A program made the translations under genes and the position numbers. This document shows, in pieces, positions 28,806-38,314 of a stretch of 64,000 nt of DNA. Position 1 is the first letter of the stretch; every line of letters begins with the position of its first letter. This DNA comes from Sphingobium sp. (lineage in GTDB: Bacteria; Pseudomonadota; Alphaproteobacteria; Sphingomonadales; Sphingomonadaceae): the NCBI RefSeq assembly GCF_035511395.1, contig NZ_DATKFP010000441.1, positions 34,213 to 98,212 of the forward strand, in the 5' to 3' direction. The notes beneath the pieces were generated by a model. That model ran no database searches and was not told the DNA's origin. It saw nothing but the letters and a program-made list of their open reading frames with translations.

Positions 28806-29702
28806 TCAGATCGCCAGCCCGACCGTCACCGTGCCGGTGAAGCCGTTCGTTATGTCGCCGGTCATGGTCGGCGTCATCGCCGCGACCTGCGCCGAGCTAT
28901 TGTCGCCGAACACATTGTCGCTGCTGGTCGTGATCTTCGCGAAGTTGGTCTTGCTGCTGCTGTAGCCGCTGGTGGCATAGACCGTGTTGCACGCATCGGT
29001 CGGCATGGCGAATTGCGAAGTCAGCACACGATTGGCATAGCTGGTCGCCCGCGCCAGGCTCGGATAAACCTCGAAATGGATATGCGGGAAGCGCCCGTCA
29101 TAGCAGCCGGGGAAGATGCTGGTGAAGGTCACCTGCCCGTTGGCATCGGTCACGCCCACGCCGCGCAGATAATTTTCGCCCGGCACGGTGTACAGCGAAT
29201 AAAGCCCGTCGCGGGTGCAGTGCCAGATATAGACGGCATAGCCCTCCAGCGCCGCGCAACTGCTATTGACGTTCACCACGGTGATGGTGAGCGTCATCGT
29301 GATGCCTTCTGCGGTGCCGGACGACGAACCGAAGCTGGACCTTATGTCGGTGCGCACGATGCCCGTGTCGTCCAGCACATTGACCACGCTGCCGTTGCTG
29401 CTGTTGGACCCGTCCGCCGGATAGGGGCCGTTCGTCTCTTCCGGATCGACGACGCAGGTGCCGGACGATGTCGACGTGGGGGTGGGCGTCGGAGTTGGTG
29501 TCGGCGTGGGGGTCGCCGTAGATGTGGAACTGCTGCTGCCGGAGCTGCCACCGCCGCCGCATGCGCCGATCAGTGCCGCGCCGCTCGCCGAAAAGAGCAG
29601 GCGCAGCGTCCGCCGCCGCCCGATATTCTCGCGCGCCAGTTCGCGCACCCGTTCCAGATCGTGCATCAACCCATGATCATGGAGCTCGCTACCCTGCGTC
29701 AT
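28806..29702 (-). CDS. Intradiol dioxygenase-like Tat lipoprotein
   Basis: GRRRTLRLL..LIGACGG, Ser and PT-repeat linker, ETNGPY, YIWHC..GLYSLY, PGCYDGRFPHIHFEVY. Confidence 0.85.
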   Translation of the reverse strand: MTQGSELHDHGLMHDLERVRELARENIGRRRTLRLLFSASGAALIGACGGGGSSGSSSSTSTATPTPTPTPTPTPTSTSSGTCVVDPEETNGPYPADGSNSSNGSVVNVLDDTGIVRTDIRSSFGSSSGTAEGITMTLTITVVNVNSSCAALEGYAVYIWHCTRDGLYSLYTVPGENYLRGVGVTDANGQVTFTSIFPGCYDGRFPHIHFEVYPSLARATSYANRVLTSQFAMPTDACNTVYATSGYSSSKTNFAKITTSSDNVFGDNSSAQVAAMTPTMTGDITNGFTGTVTVGLAI

Positions 29703-29780
29703 CCCGCTTCCGCCTTTTCGTCTGTTTGCAGACCCTCGACGATGCGGGTAGAACATGGATATATCCGGGCGATTGCCCAA

Positions 29781-29797
29781 TGTAGCGGCTTTGTAGC
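29781..29797. promoter_or_regulatory. Candidate OmpR-family direct-repeat site
   Basis: tgtagc-N5-tgtagc (11-bp period) about 80 bp upstream of the lipoprotein-RR-HK operon. Confidence 0.45.
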
Positions 29798-29882
29798 ATC
29801 ACCTAACTACAGCAAAGCACTGGCTTCCCTGCGTCGCGATCCATATAGTCGCGCCGTTTGTCATTTCCCGCGAAAGCGCTTC

Positions 29883-31196
29883 ATGCATCTTCTCATCGGC
29901 CTTGCCGGCATTCTCCTGATCCTTGCCATCGCCTTTGCCCTCTCCTCCAACCGCCGCGCCATCAAGCCGCGGGTCGTTGGCGCCGCCTTCCTGTTGCAGG
30001 CGGGAATCGCGATGCTGGTCCTCTATGTCCCGGCCGGTCGGGCCATTATCGGCGGTATGTCGCATGGAGTCGCCAACCTGCTCGGCTATGCGCAGGCGGG
30101 CACCAACTTCATCTTCGGCCCGCTGGCCAAGCCCGAAATCGGCGGGGCCAGCTTCGCCATCGCCGCGCTGCCGGTGATCATCTTCTTCGCCAGCCTGGTG
30201 TCGATCCTCTATTATCTGGGCATCATGCAGTTCATCGTCCGCTGGGTCGGCGGTGCGATCGAGAAGGTGACGGGCGTGTCCAAGGTCGAAAGCCTGTGCG
30301 CGGCCGCCAACATCTTCGTGGGGCAGAGCGAAAGCCCGCTCGTGATCCGACCCTATCTGGCCGGCCTCAACGGGCCGCAGTTGTTCGCGGTGATGACCAG
30401 CGGCATGGCTGGCGTGGCGGGCACCATTCTCGCCGCCTATGCCTCTATGGGGATCAAGATCGATTATTTGCTCGCCGCCAGCTTCATGTCCGCGCCCGGC
30501 GGGCTGCTGATGGCCAAGATCATGATGCCCGACGAGCCGGAATGCGAACCCGAACTGCCGCTGGACGACGACATCCACCTGCCCGAAACCCGCCGCAGCG
30601 CGGCCGGTCCGGCGGTGCTGAACGCGGAAACCACGCCGGGCGAACCCATGCCCGTCGCCACCCATGACGAGGAAAAGCCCGCCAACATCATCATGGCCGC
30701 CGCGCAGGGTGCGCAGACCGGCGTGAAGCTGGCGGTCGCGGTCGGTGCCATGGTGCTGGCCTTCGTCGCGCTCGTGGCGCTCGCGAACGGCATTCTGGGC
30801 GGCATCGGTGGTATTTTCGGCTATCCCGACCTCAGCTTCCAGATGCTGCTCGGCTACGTCTTCTCGCCGGTCATGTATCTGCTCAACATCCCGTGGAACG
30901 AGGCGCAGATCGCGGGCGGCCTGTTCGGCACCAAGGTCGTGCTCAACGAATTCGTCGCCTATATCAACCTCGGCCAGGTGCAGGGCGCGCTGTCGCCCGC
31001 GACCATCGCCGTCATCACCTTCGCGCTGTGCGGCTTCGCCAATTTCAGCTCGATTGCGATCCAGATGGCCGTGACCGGCAATCTCGCGCCCAACCAACGG
31101 CCGATGATCGCGAAGCTCGGTCTGAAGGCGCTGGTCGCCGGCAGCCTCGCCAATCTGATGAGCGCGGCGCTGGCGGGTTTGATGCTCAGCCTCTGA
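29883..31196 (+). CDS. Concentrative nucleoside transporter (NupC/CNT family)
   Basis: LPVIIFFASL, AANIFVGQSESP, GTKVVLNEFVAY, FALCGFANFSS. Confidence 0.93.
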   Translation: MHLLIGLAGILLILAIAFALSSNRRAIKPRVVGAAFLLQAGIAMLVLYVPAGRAIIGGMSHGVANLLGYAQAGTNFIFGPLAKPEIGGASFAIAALPVIIFFASLVSILYYLGIMQFIVRWVGGAIEKVTGVSKVESLCAAANIFVGQSESPLVIRPYLAGLNGPQLFAVMTSGMAGVAGTILAAYASMGIKIDYLLAASFMSAPGGLLMAKIMMPDEPECEPELPLDDDIHLPETRRSAAGPAVLNAETTPGEPMPVATHDEEKPANIIMAAAQGAQTGVKLAVAVGAMVLAFVALVALANGILGGIGGIFGYPDLSFQMLLGYVFSPVMYLLNIPWNEAQIAGGLFGTKVVLNEFVAYINLGQVQGALSPATIAVITFALCGFANFSSIAIQMAVTGNLAPNQRPMIAKLGLKALVAGSLANLMSAALAGLMLSL

Positions 31197-31263
31197 TCCA
31201 AAACGACATGAACCCGTAACGGAGCCTCTACCGCTTGGGTTTATAATCCGTTATGGTTAACCC

Positions 31264-32313
31264 ATGGGGGCTAAAGTTTTTTTCACGGTCGCGATCGCGG
31301 CCCTGGGTTGGTCGGGCATGGTCGCTGCGCAGGCGCCCAAACCCGGCATATTGGAAACCTACAAGGACTGGACCATCGGCTGCGACAATCGCAGCCGATG
31401 CGAGGCGGTATCGCTGTTGCCCGAAGGTGGCGACTGGCCGGACAATCCGGTGATGGTCGGTGTGGCACGCGGTGCCGGGCCGGACGCGGCGGCCGAAGTC
31501 TGGGTCAGCCGCGACGCCAAGGGCGTGGGTGAGGTCAGCTTCCACGTCGACGGGCGCAAGGTTGTCGGCATTCCCAGCAAGGATGGCGAAGCCACGCTGC
31601 GCGGTCCGCAGGCCGATGCGCTCGCCATTGCCATGGCGCGCGGCAGCGTGCTGGAGGTGCGCGCGGGCAATCGCGTCCTGGGTCGTCCCTCGCTCGCCGG
31701 ATCGGGCGCTGCGCTACGCTATATGGACGCGCGGCAGGGACGCGCCGGCACCAGCACGGCGCTGGTCGCGACCGGTGCGCTGGGGCCGCTCGCGGTGCGC
31801 GCCGCGCCCGCCATGCCGGAAATCCGCCGCGCCCTGATCGCCAAGGGGGCCGCGCCTGCCGCGCTCTGGCGCGAGGAACTGACCGCGCTCGGCAAGTTCA
31901 CCGGCTGCACTGACGAGATCCGCAGCGGCCCGCAGACGCCCGAACTCCACCGCCTGTCGAAGACCGAGACGCTGATTCTCGTCCCCTGCGGCAATGGCGC
32001 CTATAATTTCACGTCGGTCCCGGTGATCGCCACCGGCGTCGCCGGCCGCCGCGCCTTCCGTTTCGCCAGCTTCGACTACAAGCCCGGCTGGAGCGAAGAG
32101 GAGGCCAAGCCCATGCTGGTCAATGCCGGCTGGGTCGCGGAAAAATCGCTGCTCCAGAGCTTCGCCAAGGGGCGCGGCCTCGGCGATTGCGGCGGCAGCG
32201 AAACCTATGTCTGGGACGGCAGCCGCTTCCGCCTGACCGAAGCGACCAGCATGGGCGAATGTCGTGGCGCGTGGCACTGGATCACCACCTGGTCGGCGCG
32301 GGTGGTGGAGTAG
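31264..32313 (+). CDS. DUF1176-like exported protein
   Basis: Signal peptide; YKDWTIGCDN, CGNGAYN, KGRGLGDCG, WDGSRFRL. Confidence 0.85.
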   Translation: MGAKVFFTVAIAALGWSGMVAAQAPKPGILETYKDWTIGCDNRSRCEAVSLLPEGGDWPDNPVMVGVARGAGPDAAAEVWVSRDAKGVGEVSFHVDGRKVVGIPSKDGEATLRGPQADALAIAMARGSVLEVRAGNRVLGRPSLAGSGAALRYMDARQGRAGTSTALVATGALGPLAVRAAPAMPEIRRALIAKGAAPAALWREELTALGKFTGCTDEIRSGPQTPELHRLSKTETLILVPCGNGAYNFTSVPVIATGVAGRRAFRFASFDYKPGWSEEEAKPMLVNAGWVAEKSLLQSFAKGRGLGDCGGSETYVWDGSRFRLTEATSMGECRGAWHWITTWSARVVE

Positions 32314-32321
32314 CTCCACCT

Positions 32322-32349
32322 CCGTTCGTTTCGAGCTTGTCGAGAAACG
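32322..32349. repeat. Family A repeat, half copy
   Basis: ccgttcgtttcgagcttgtcgagaaacg. Confidence 0.7.
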
Positions 32350-32460
32350 GATAGCGCTCCGCCCGCCTTACCGCATCCGGCGGAACACCTGCCGCTCCAC
32401 GCAACCGCGCGGCTGCGCTTTGCAATGGAAACGTTACCTTTGACCGCCCATATTGCGGTC

Positions 32461-33168
32461 ATGGCTTCCTCTCCTCGCCAATCCGCCCCTTCGACCGTCC
32501 CCTCGACCCTGCCGGACCCGATCCGCGCGGTGATCTTCGACATGGACGGTACGCTGATCGATACCGAGGCCGCGCATCGCCGGGCCTTTGCCGAAACCGG
32601 GCTGGCGCTGGGCTGGCCGATGGCGGATGATCTGCTGCTGTCGATGGTCGGCATCCATCGCGACGAAAATGAGCGAATGCTGGCGGCGCATCTGGGGCCG
32701 GACTTCCCGCTGGCGCGCTTCTACGCCGACAGCGACGCGCTGTTCGAGGCGGCGGTCGATGCCGGCATCCCGTTGCGTCCCGGCGCGCCGCTGCTGCTCG
32801 ATCATCTGGCGCGCAGCGGGATTCCGATGGCGCTCGCCACCTCCACCGCCGCGCCCTATGCGCAGCAGCGGCTGGAAAGGAGCGGCCTGCTTCACTATTT
32901 CGACGTGATCGTCACCCGCAGCGACGTGGAACGGCCCAAGCCGCACCCCGAACCCTATCTGCTGGCGGCCGACCGGCTGGGCGTCGACCCGGCCTTCTGC
33001 GTCGCGGTGGAGGACAGCCATGCCGGCGTCCGCTCGGCAACGGCGGCGGGCATCGCCACGGTCATGGTCCCCGACCTGCTACCTCCGACCGAGGAACTGG
33101 TCCTCGCCTGCGCCCGGATATTGCCCAGTCTCACCGACCTGCGCGACCTGCTGCTCGCGACCGACTAA
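32461..33168 (+). CDS. HAD-family phosphatase
   Basis: FDMDGTLIDT, KPHPEPY, VEDSHAG. Confidence 0.92.
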   Translation: MASSPRQSAPSTVPSTLPDPIRAVIFDMDGTLIDTEAAHRRAFAETGLALGWPMADDLLLSMVGIHRDENERMLAAHLGPDFPLARFYADSDALFEAAVDAGIPLRPGAPLLLDHLARSGIPMALATSTAAPYAQQRLERSGLLHYFDVIVTRSDVERPKPHPEPYLLAADRLGVDPAFCVAVEDSHAGVRSATAAGIATVMVPDLLPPTEELVLACARILPSLTDLRDLLLATD

Positions 33169-34124
33169 CCCGCCTCCGCCAGCACCAGCGTGAACAACCC
33201 TTCGGCGTCGGTCCACTCGCACGCCGGTTCCCATCCGCCCGCGCGCAGCAGCAGCCGTTCGTCGCGCGGGCCATATTTATGGCTGCTCTCGGTATGGATC
33301 GTCTCGCCCGGCTCCATGCGAAAACATTGGCCAGCAACATGGAAATGCAGTGACCGCACCGCCTCCAGATGCATTTCGATCCGCGCCTTCTCGTCGTTCC
33401 AGACCGCGCGATGGGCAAAGCCGTCAATCGGCAGGTCGCCCTCCAGTTCGCGGTTGATCCGCTCGACAAGGTTGAGGTTGAACGCTGCCGTCACACCCGC
33501 CGCATCGTCATAGGCCGCGACCAGCCGCGCCCGATCCTTGATCCGGTCCATGCCGATCAGCAGCATCGCGTCCTTGCCCAACAACCGCCGCATCGCCCGC
33601 AACAGGTCGACGGCCGCGTCCGGCTCCATGTTGCCGATCGTCGATCCGGGGAAGAAGCCCAGCCGGGGCAGCCCCTCGACCGCCTTGGGCAGTTCCAGCG
33701 GCCCGTTGAAATCCCCCACCAGCGGCAGCACCGGCAGGTCGGGAAAGGCCTGCGCCAGTTCGGCGCTGCTTACGCGCAGGAAATCGCCGCTGATGTCGAT
33801 CGGCACATAGGCGGCGGGCTGAATCGCGCGCAGCAGGTGCGGCGTCTTGCGCGCGCTGCCCGCACCGAACTCCACCACCGCGCGTCCTTCGCCGACAGCC
33901 GCCGCGAAATCCGCCCCATGCGCTTTCAGCAGCGCGGTTTCGGTCCGCGTGGGATAATATTCGGGCAGGTCGGTGATTTCCTCGAACAGTTCCGATCCGC
34001 GTCGATCGTAGAACCAGATAGGCGGGGTCGCCTTCGGGCTGCGCGAAAGCCCCTCTATGATGTCGCGGCGAAAGGCAGGATCGATGGTGCGCGTCAGCGT
34101 AGGCGCTTCGTCGGTCAAGAGCAT
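33165..34124 (-). CDS. egtD: Histidine N-alpha-methyltransferase
   Basis: WFYDRRGSELFEEIT.LPEYYPTRTE, EFGAGSARKT, FFPGSTIGN, AYDDAAGVTAAFNLN, IHTESSHKY. Confidence 0.93.
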   Translation of the reverse strand: MLLTDEAPTLTRTIDPAFRRDIIEGLSRSPKATPPIWFYDRRGSELFEEITDLPEYYPTRTETALLKAHGADFAAAVGEGRAVVEFGAGSARKTPHLLRAIQPAAYVPIDISGDFLRVSSAELAQAFPDLPVLPLVGDFNGPLELPKAVEGLPRLGFFPGSTIGNMEPDAAVDLLRAMRRLLGKDAMLLIGMDRIKDRARLVAAYDDAAGVTAAFNLNLVERINRELEGDLPIDGFAHRAVWNDEKARIEMHLEAVRSLHFHVAGQCFRMEPGETIHTESSHKYGPRDERLLLRAGGWEPACEWTDAEGLFTLVLAEAG

Positions 34125-35393
34125 TCAGAGATCCTTGGCCAGCCGCAGCCCGGTGAACTGCCAGCGTTGGTGGGGATAGAAGAAATTTCGGTAGCTGGCC
34201 CGCCCGTGGCTGCGCGGGGTAGCGCAACTGCCGCCTTTCAGCACGAACTGGCCGGACATGAACTTGCCATTATATTCGCCGACCGCGCCCGGCGCCGCAT
34301 GGAATCCGGGGTGCGGCCGATAGGCGCTGCCGGTCCATTCCCATACGTCGCCGAACATCTGCGTCAGCGCAGCGCTGTCCTCCGCCGGCCGGGGGCGGGG
34401 GCAGGCGGGGCCGTCCAGCTGGTTGCCGCTCACCGCCGCGACATTCTGCGCCGCGCTTTCCCATTCCGCCTCGGTCGGCAGGCGCGCGTCTGCCCAGCTG
34501 GCATAGGCGTCCGCCTCGAAAAGGCTGATATGCGTCACCGGCGCGGCAGGATTGACCGGCTGGCGCCCGTCCAGCCCGAAGCGCGTCCAGCCCTGCTCGC
34601 CCCGCTTCCAGTAGAGCGGCGCATCGACCTTTTCCGCCTGCACCCATGCCCAGCCGTCCGACAGCCAGTGCGCCGCCGTCCGATATCCGCCATCCTCGAT
34701 GAAGGCGATCCATTCGCCATTGGTAATGGGTCGGTGCGCCAGCGCATGGGGATGCAGCACCACCTTGTGTCGCGGCCCTTCGCAATCGAAGGCGAAGCCG
34801 CTGCGCCCATCCTCGCCGATCTCGACCAGTCCCTGCCGGCCCTCGATCCAGTGGAGCGGCCCCGGCAAGTCGACCGGCGCGGCGCTCGGTGCCTCGAACA
34901 GCGCCGGTTCAAGCGGATTGAGCGAAAAGAGATGGAGCAGGTCGGTCAGCAACAATTCCTGATGCTGCTGCTCATGATGCAGCCCCAGCGTCACCAGCGC
35001 CCGTGCGGGCTGCGGCAACATGCCGAGTGCGGCGAGCAGCGCCGTATCGACATGTGCGCGATAGGCCCGCACTTCGGCGAGCGATGGCCGCGTCAGCATC
35101 CCCCGCATCGGCCGGGCGTGGCGCGCGCCCTCCGCCTCATAATAGCTGTTGAATAGAAAGGCGTAGCGCGGATCGAAGGGGCGATATCCCGTCACATGAT
35201 CGCGCAGGACGAACGTCTCGAAGAACCAGCTCGTATGCGCCAGATGCCATTTGGCGGGGGACGCATCGGGCATCGACTGTACCGTCGCGTCAGCATCCGA
35301 CAAGGGTGCAGCCAAGGCTTCGCTGAGCGCCCGCACCGCGCGATAGCGCTCTTCCAGATCATCCTGCCGGGCGTCCGTCCAGCTTCTGGCCAT
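34125..35393 (-). CDS. egtB: Ergothioneine biosynthesis sulfoxide synthase
   Basis: QSMPDASPAKWHLAHT, HHEQQHQE Fe ligands, FGE-like domain RLPTEAEWE, GEYNGKFM. Confidence 0.93.
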   Translation of the reverse strand: MARSWTDARQDDLEERYRAVRALSEALAAPLSDADATVQSMPDASPAKWHLAHTSWFFETFVLRDHVTGYRPFDPRYAFLFNSYYEAEGARHARPMRGMLTRPSLAEVRAYRAHVDTALLAALGMLPQPARALVTLGLHHEQQHQELLLTDLLHLFSLNPLEPALFEAPSAAPVDLPGPLHWIEGRQGLVEIGEDGRSGFAFDCEGPRHKVVLHPHALAHRPITNGEWIAFIEDGGYRTAAHWLSDGWAWVQAEKVDAPLYWKRGEQGWTRFGLDGRQPVNPAAPVTHISLFEADAYASWADARLPTEAEWESAAQNVAAVSGNQLDGPACPRPRPAEDSAALTQMFGDVWEWTGSAYRPHPGFHAAPGAVGEYNGKFMSGQFVLKGGSCATPRSHGRASYRNFFYPHQRWQFTGLRLAKDL

Positions 35394-35474
35394 AAATGCC
35401 CTTCCCGATACGGTTGTGCCGTTCTCTGGAAGAAAGCGCACAAAAGCGCCAGCGGTTCCGGATCGCCCCTAAGT

Positions 35475-36329
35475 TCACACTTCCTGAAGCAGGGGCTGGG
35501 CGCGGCAGATGCGGTCGCGGCCCGCCTGCTTGGCTTCATAGAGCGCCTCATCGGCGCGGCGCAGCGCGTCTTCCAGATCGTCCCCCTTCCAGCGGCAGAT
35601 GCCGGCGGAAAAGCTGATCGGCCGCCCACTCACCAGCCCGATCGGGTCGCTGCGCATCCGACTGGCGACGCGCGCGAGCGACCAGCTCACCTCATCCTCG
35701 ATGCAGTCCTGGAAGAAGATGGCGAATTCCTCGCCGCCCCAGCGGGCGACGATATCCATGCGTCGCAGCTGGGCGGACAGGCGCGCGGCGAAGGCGCCCA
35801 GAACCTTGTCGCCTTCGTCATGGCCCAGTTGGTCGTTGACGCGCTTGAAATAGTCGATGTCGATCAGCGCAACGCAGCCCTTGCGCCGATCGATCGGCAG
35901 CGCGTCGATCTGGCTCAGGAAACCGCGTCGATTGGCGACGCCGGTCAGCAGATCCTCATGCGCGGCATTGTGCAGGTCGTTGATCCGCGCCTGGGTGGCG
36001 TTGGCCGCGCGATGGAATCCGGCATAGAGTGTCTGGATGACGTCGCCCACTTCGGGCAGCGCGCCTGACGTCGTCTCGCCCCGGTGCAGGGTCTCGGCCA
36101 GCGCCTGAATCGGACTCAGCATAGCGCCGATGCCCAGCAGAGCGATGGCGGTGCCGACCACTGTCGCCAACGTCAACAGCACGAATTCAGCCAGCGCGAT
36201 CCGGCCCGTCGACAGACCCCAGGCCAGATAGCCGATCAGCGGCATGTGCGTCGCAACGAAGCAGGTCGCGAACAGCCGCAGCCGCAACGAACGCGGAAAG
36301 ATGAACGACGTTGCGAGATAGAATTGCAC
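35475..36329 (-). CDS. Membrane-bound diguanylate cyclase
   Basis: Two TMs; DLLTGVANRR, DIDYFKRVND..GH..GD, RWGGEEF; RxxD-type site (RRMD) upstream. Confidence 0.9.
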   Translation of the reverse strand: MQFYLATSFIFPRSLRLRLFATCFVATHMPLIGYLAWGLSTGRIALAEFVLLTLATVVGTAIALLGIGAMLSPIQALAETLHRGETTSGALPEVGDVIQTLYAGFHRAANATQARINDLHNAAHEDLLTGVANRRGFLSQIDALPIDRRKGCVALIDIDYFKRVNDQLGHDEGDKVLGAFAARLSAQLRRMDIVARWGGEEFAIFFQDCIEDEVSWSLARVASRMRSDPIGLVSGRPISFSAGICRWKGDDLEDALRRADEALYEAKQAGRDRICRAQPLLQEV

Positions 36330-36461
36330 GGCTGTCCCCGTCTATATTGCGACCGCGAGCAGCTTTTTGAGGATGCGTCTAAACGGGTGCTGAAGAAACA
36401 GGGTTAATGTCAGCGGACGGGGTAGGTTGTGCGGCGCGAGAGTCGAAACGCGCCGCCGGGA

Positions 36462-37031
36462 TCAGCGTGAAGCGCCCGGCACCCATTTGACATCGCCCGC
36501 GCCATTGTCGTTCAACCGCCGCGCCAGCACGAACAGCAGGTCGGACAGACGATTGAGATAGGCCAGCGCCTGCGGGTTCAACGCGACCTCGACTGCGGCG
36601 GCGGTCGCACTGCGCTCCGCCCGTCGGGCGATCGCGCGGGCGAGGTGGACGGCGGCGGCGGCGTGCGATCCGCCCGGCAGGATGAAGCTGTCGAGCGGCG
36701 CAAGTTCCGCGTTCATCGTGTCGATCTCGTCTTCCAGCCGCTTCACCTGGCTTGCGACGATGCGCAGCGCCCAGGGTTCATCTTCGCCCTCCGGGATCGG
36801 CGTGGCGAGATCCGCGCCCAGATCGAACAGGTCGTTCTGGATGGTGGTCAGCCAGCGCGTCTCTGGCCGCGCGCCCATGGCGATGATCGCCAGGCCGATC
36901 GCGCTGTTCGCCTCGTCCACATCGCCCACCGCCTGCATCCGCGACGCATGTTTGGGCAGGCGCGATCCATCGACCAGGCCGGTGGTGCCGGCATCGCCGG
37001 TGCGGGTGTAGATCTTGTTCAGCTTGACCAT
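36462..37031 (-). CDS. Cob(I)alamin adenosyltransferase (PduO type)
   Basis: KIYTRTGDAGTT, GDVDEANS, FILPGG, RRAER, YLNRLSDLLF. Confidence 0.93.
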   Translation of the reverse strand: MVKLNKIYTRTGDAGTTGLVDGSRLPKHASRMQAVGDVDEANSAIGLAIIAMGARPETRWLTTIQNDLFDLGADLATPIPEGEDEPWALRIVASQVKRLEDEIDTMNAELAPLDSFILPGGSHAAAAVHLARAIARRAERSATAAAVEVALNPQALAYLNRLSDLLFVLARRLNDNGAGDVKWVPGASR

Positions 37032-37049
37032 ATTGGCAAACCGGCCTTG

Positions 37050-37286
37050 TCAGCCATGTCCCTTCGACATCAGCAGGATCGCGACGATGATGATCGCGGC
37101 GGCCTGAAACAGGATGCGGTTCATCATCATCTTGTTCTGCTTCAGCCGCGCGGGGCTGGGGCCGTTGCCCTCGGGCGCGTTCAAATCCTCCTTGGTGGTC
37201 TGGAGGAAGGCGATGATGCCCCGGATCAGCGCGACCAAAGTCGCGATCATGGCGAGGATGAGGGCGATGACCAGCACGGTGTTCAT
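37050..37286 (-). CDS. HIG1-like twin-TM small protein
   Basis: Two TMs around KQNKMMMNRILFQ. Confidence 0.8.
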   Translation of the reverse strand: MNTVLVIALILAMIATLVALIRGIIAFLQTTKEDLNAPEGNGPSPARLKQNKMMMNRILFQAAAIIIVAILLMSKGHG

Positions 37287-37295
37287 CGCGCCAGC

Positions 37296-38219
37296 CTATG
37301 CCCTTGCGAGCCTTATGCCAATGGGAAAGCGTCCGGCGCGCAGGTCGGCGGCCAGTACGTCCGGCGCCACCCCCCGTGCGCGCAGGTCAGCGAGCGCGAT
37401 CGACCCGTCCCGCTTGGCGAGCCGCCGGCCGTCCGGCCCGACCAGCAGCGGATGATGGACATAGGCGGGGGAGGGAAGGTCCAGCAACGCCTGGATCAGC
37501 CGGTGGATGTCGGTCGCCCCGCGCAGATCGTCGCCGCGCAGCACATGGGTCACGCCCATCGCCGCGTCGTCCAGCGTGCAGGACAGATGATAGCTGGCCG
37601 GCGCATCCTTGCGCGCCAGCACCACGTCGCCATGGGCAAGGGGATCAGCCTGTACGGATTCCGTTCGGGCTAAGCCTGTCGAAGCCCCTTGCTTCTCTTC
37701 GGGAAAAGACAGGCTGGCCCACCGCAATTCCCCCACACGCTCCGCCGCCTGCGCCATGTCGATCCGCCAGGCATGGGCATCCCCTACAGCGATCCGCCTC
37801 GCACTCTCCGCTGCATCCAGCCCCCGGCATGTCCCCGGATAGAGTGCTCCCTCCGGTCCGTGCGGTGCCGTCAGGCTCGCCTGAATGTCTGCGCGGGTGC
37901 AGAAACAGGGATAGAGCAGGCCCATGGCGCGCAGCCGATCCAGCGCGGCGTCATAGCTGTCCAGCCGCTGCGACTGGAAGGCGATCTCCCCGTCCCATTC
38001 CACGCCCAGCCAGCGCAGATCCTCGATGATCCCCGCGACATGTTCGGGCCGGCTGCGCGTGCCGTCTATATCCTCGATCCGCAGGCGCAGCGTTCCGCCG
38101 GCCGCGCGCGCCATGTCCATGGCCAGCAAGGCTGACCAGCCATGGCCGACATGCAGTCTACCAGTGGGGCTGGGAGCAAAGCGGGTCACTATATGCTGTG
38201 GTGCGGCAGGCTGAGTCAT
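37296..38219 (-). CDS. gluQ: Glutamyl-Q tRNA(Asp) synthetase
   Basis: TRFAPSPTGRLHVGH, LRIEDID, YPCFCTR, VLRGDDL, RLAKR; short, lacks the anticodon domain. Confidence 0.9.
   Translation of the reverse strand: MTQPAAPQHIVTRFAPSPTGRLHVGHGWSALLAMDMARAAGGTLRLRIEDIDGTRSRPEHVAGIIEDLRWLGVEWDGEIAFQSQRLDSYDAALDRLRAMGLLYPCFCTRADIQASLTAPHGPEGALYPGTCRGLDAAESARRIAVGDAHAWRIDMAQAAERVGELRWASLSFPEEKQGASTGLARTESVQADPLAHGDVVLARKDAPASYHLSCTLDDAAMGVTHVLRGDDLRGATDIHRLIQALLDLPSPAYVHHPLLVGPDGRRLAKRDGSIALADLRARGVAPDVLAADLRAGRFPIGIRLARA
37661..37687. repeat. Family A-related half repeat inside gluQ
   Basis: ccgttcgggctaagcctgtcgaagccc; compare ccgttcg at 44618 and cctgagcctgtcgaaggg at 44642-44659. Confidence 0.65.
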
Positions 38220-38314
38220 ACAGGCTCTTGACGGATGATATTCGTTAATGCTGTCATGCTGGTGTCACGTTGCTGTTGGATGAGCAGCGTCGACAAGGGG
38301 GTAGAAGGTTTTCT

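Noticed and set aside
28719-31196. 825-aa ORF as an extended transporter
   Set aside because: The upstream part is antisense to the dioxygenase-like gene; the CNT protein starts at 29883.
34125-35393. Selenoneine synthase SenA
   Set aside because: No senB or senC neighbours; direct pairing with egtD fits ergothioneine EgtB.
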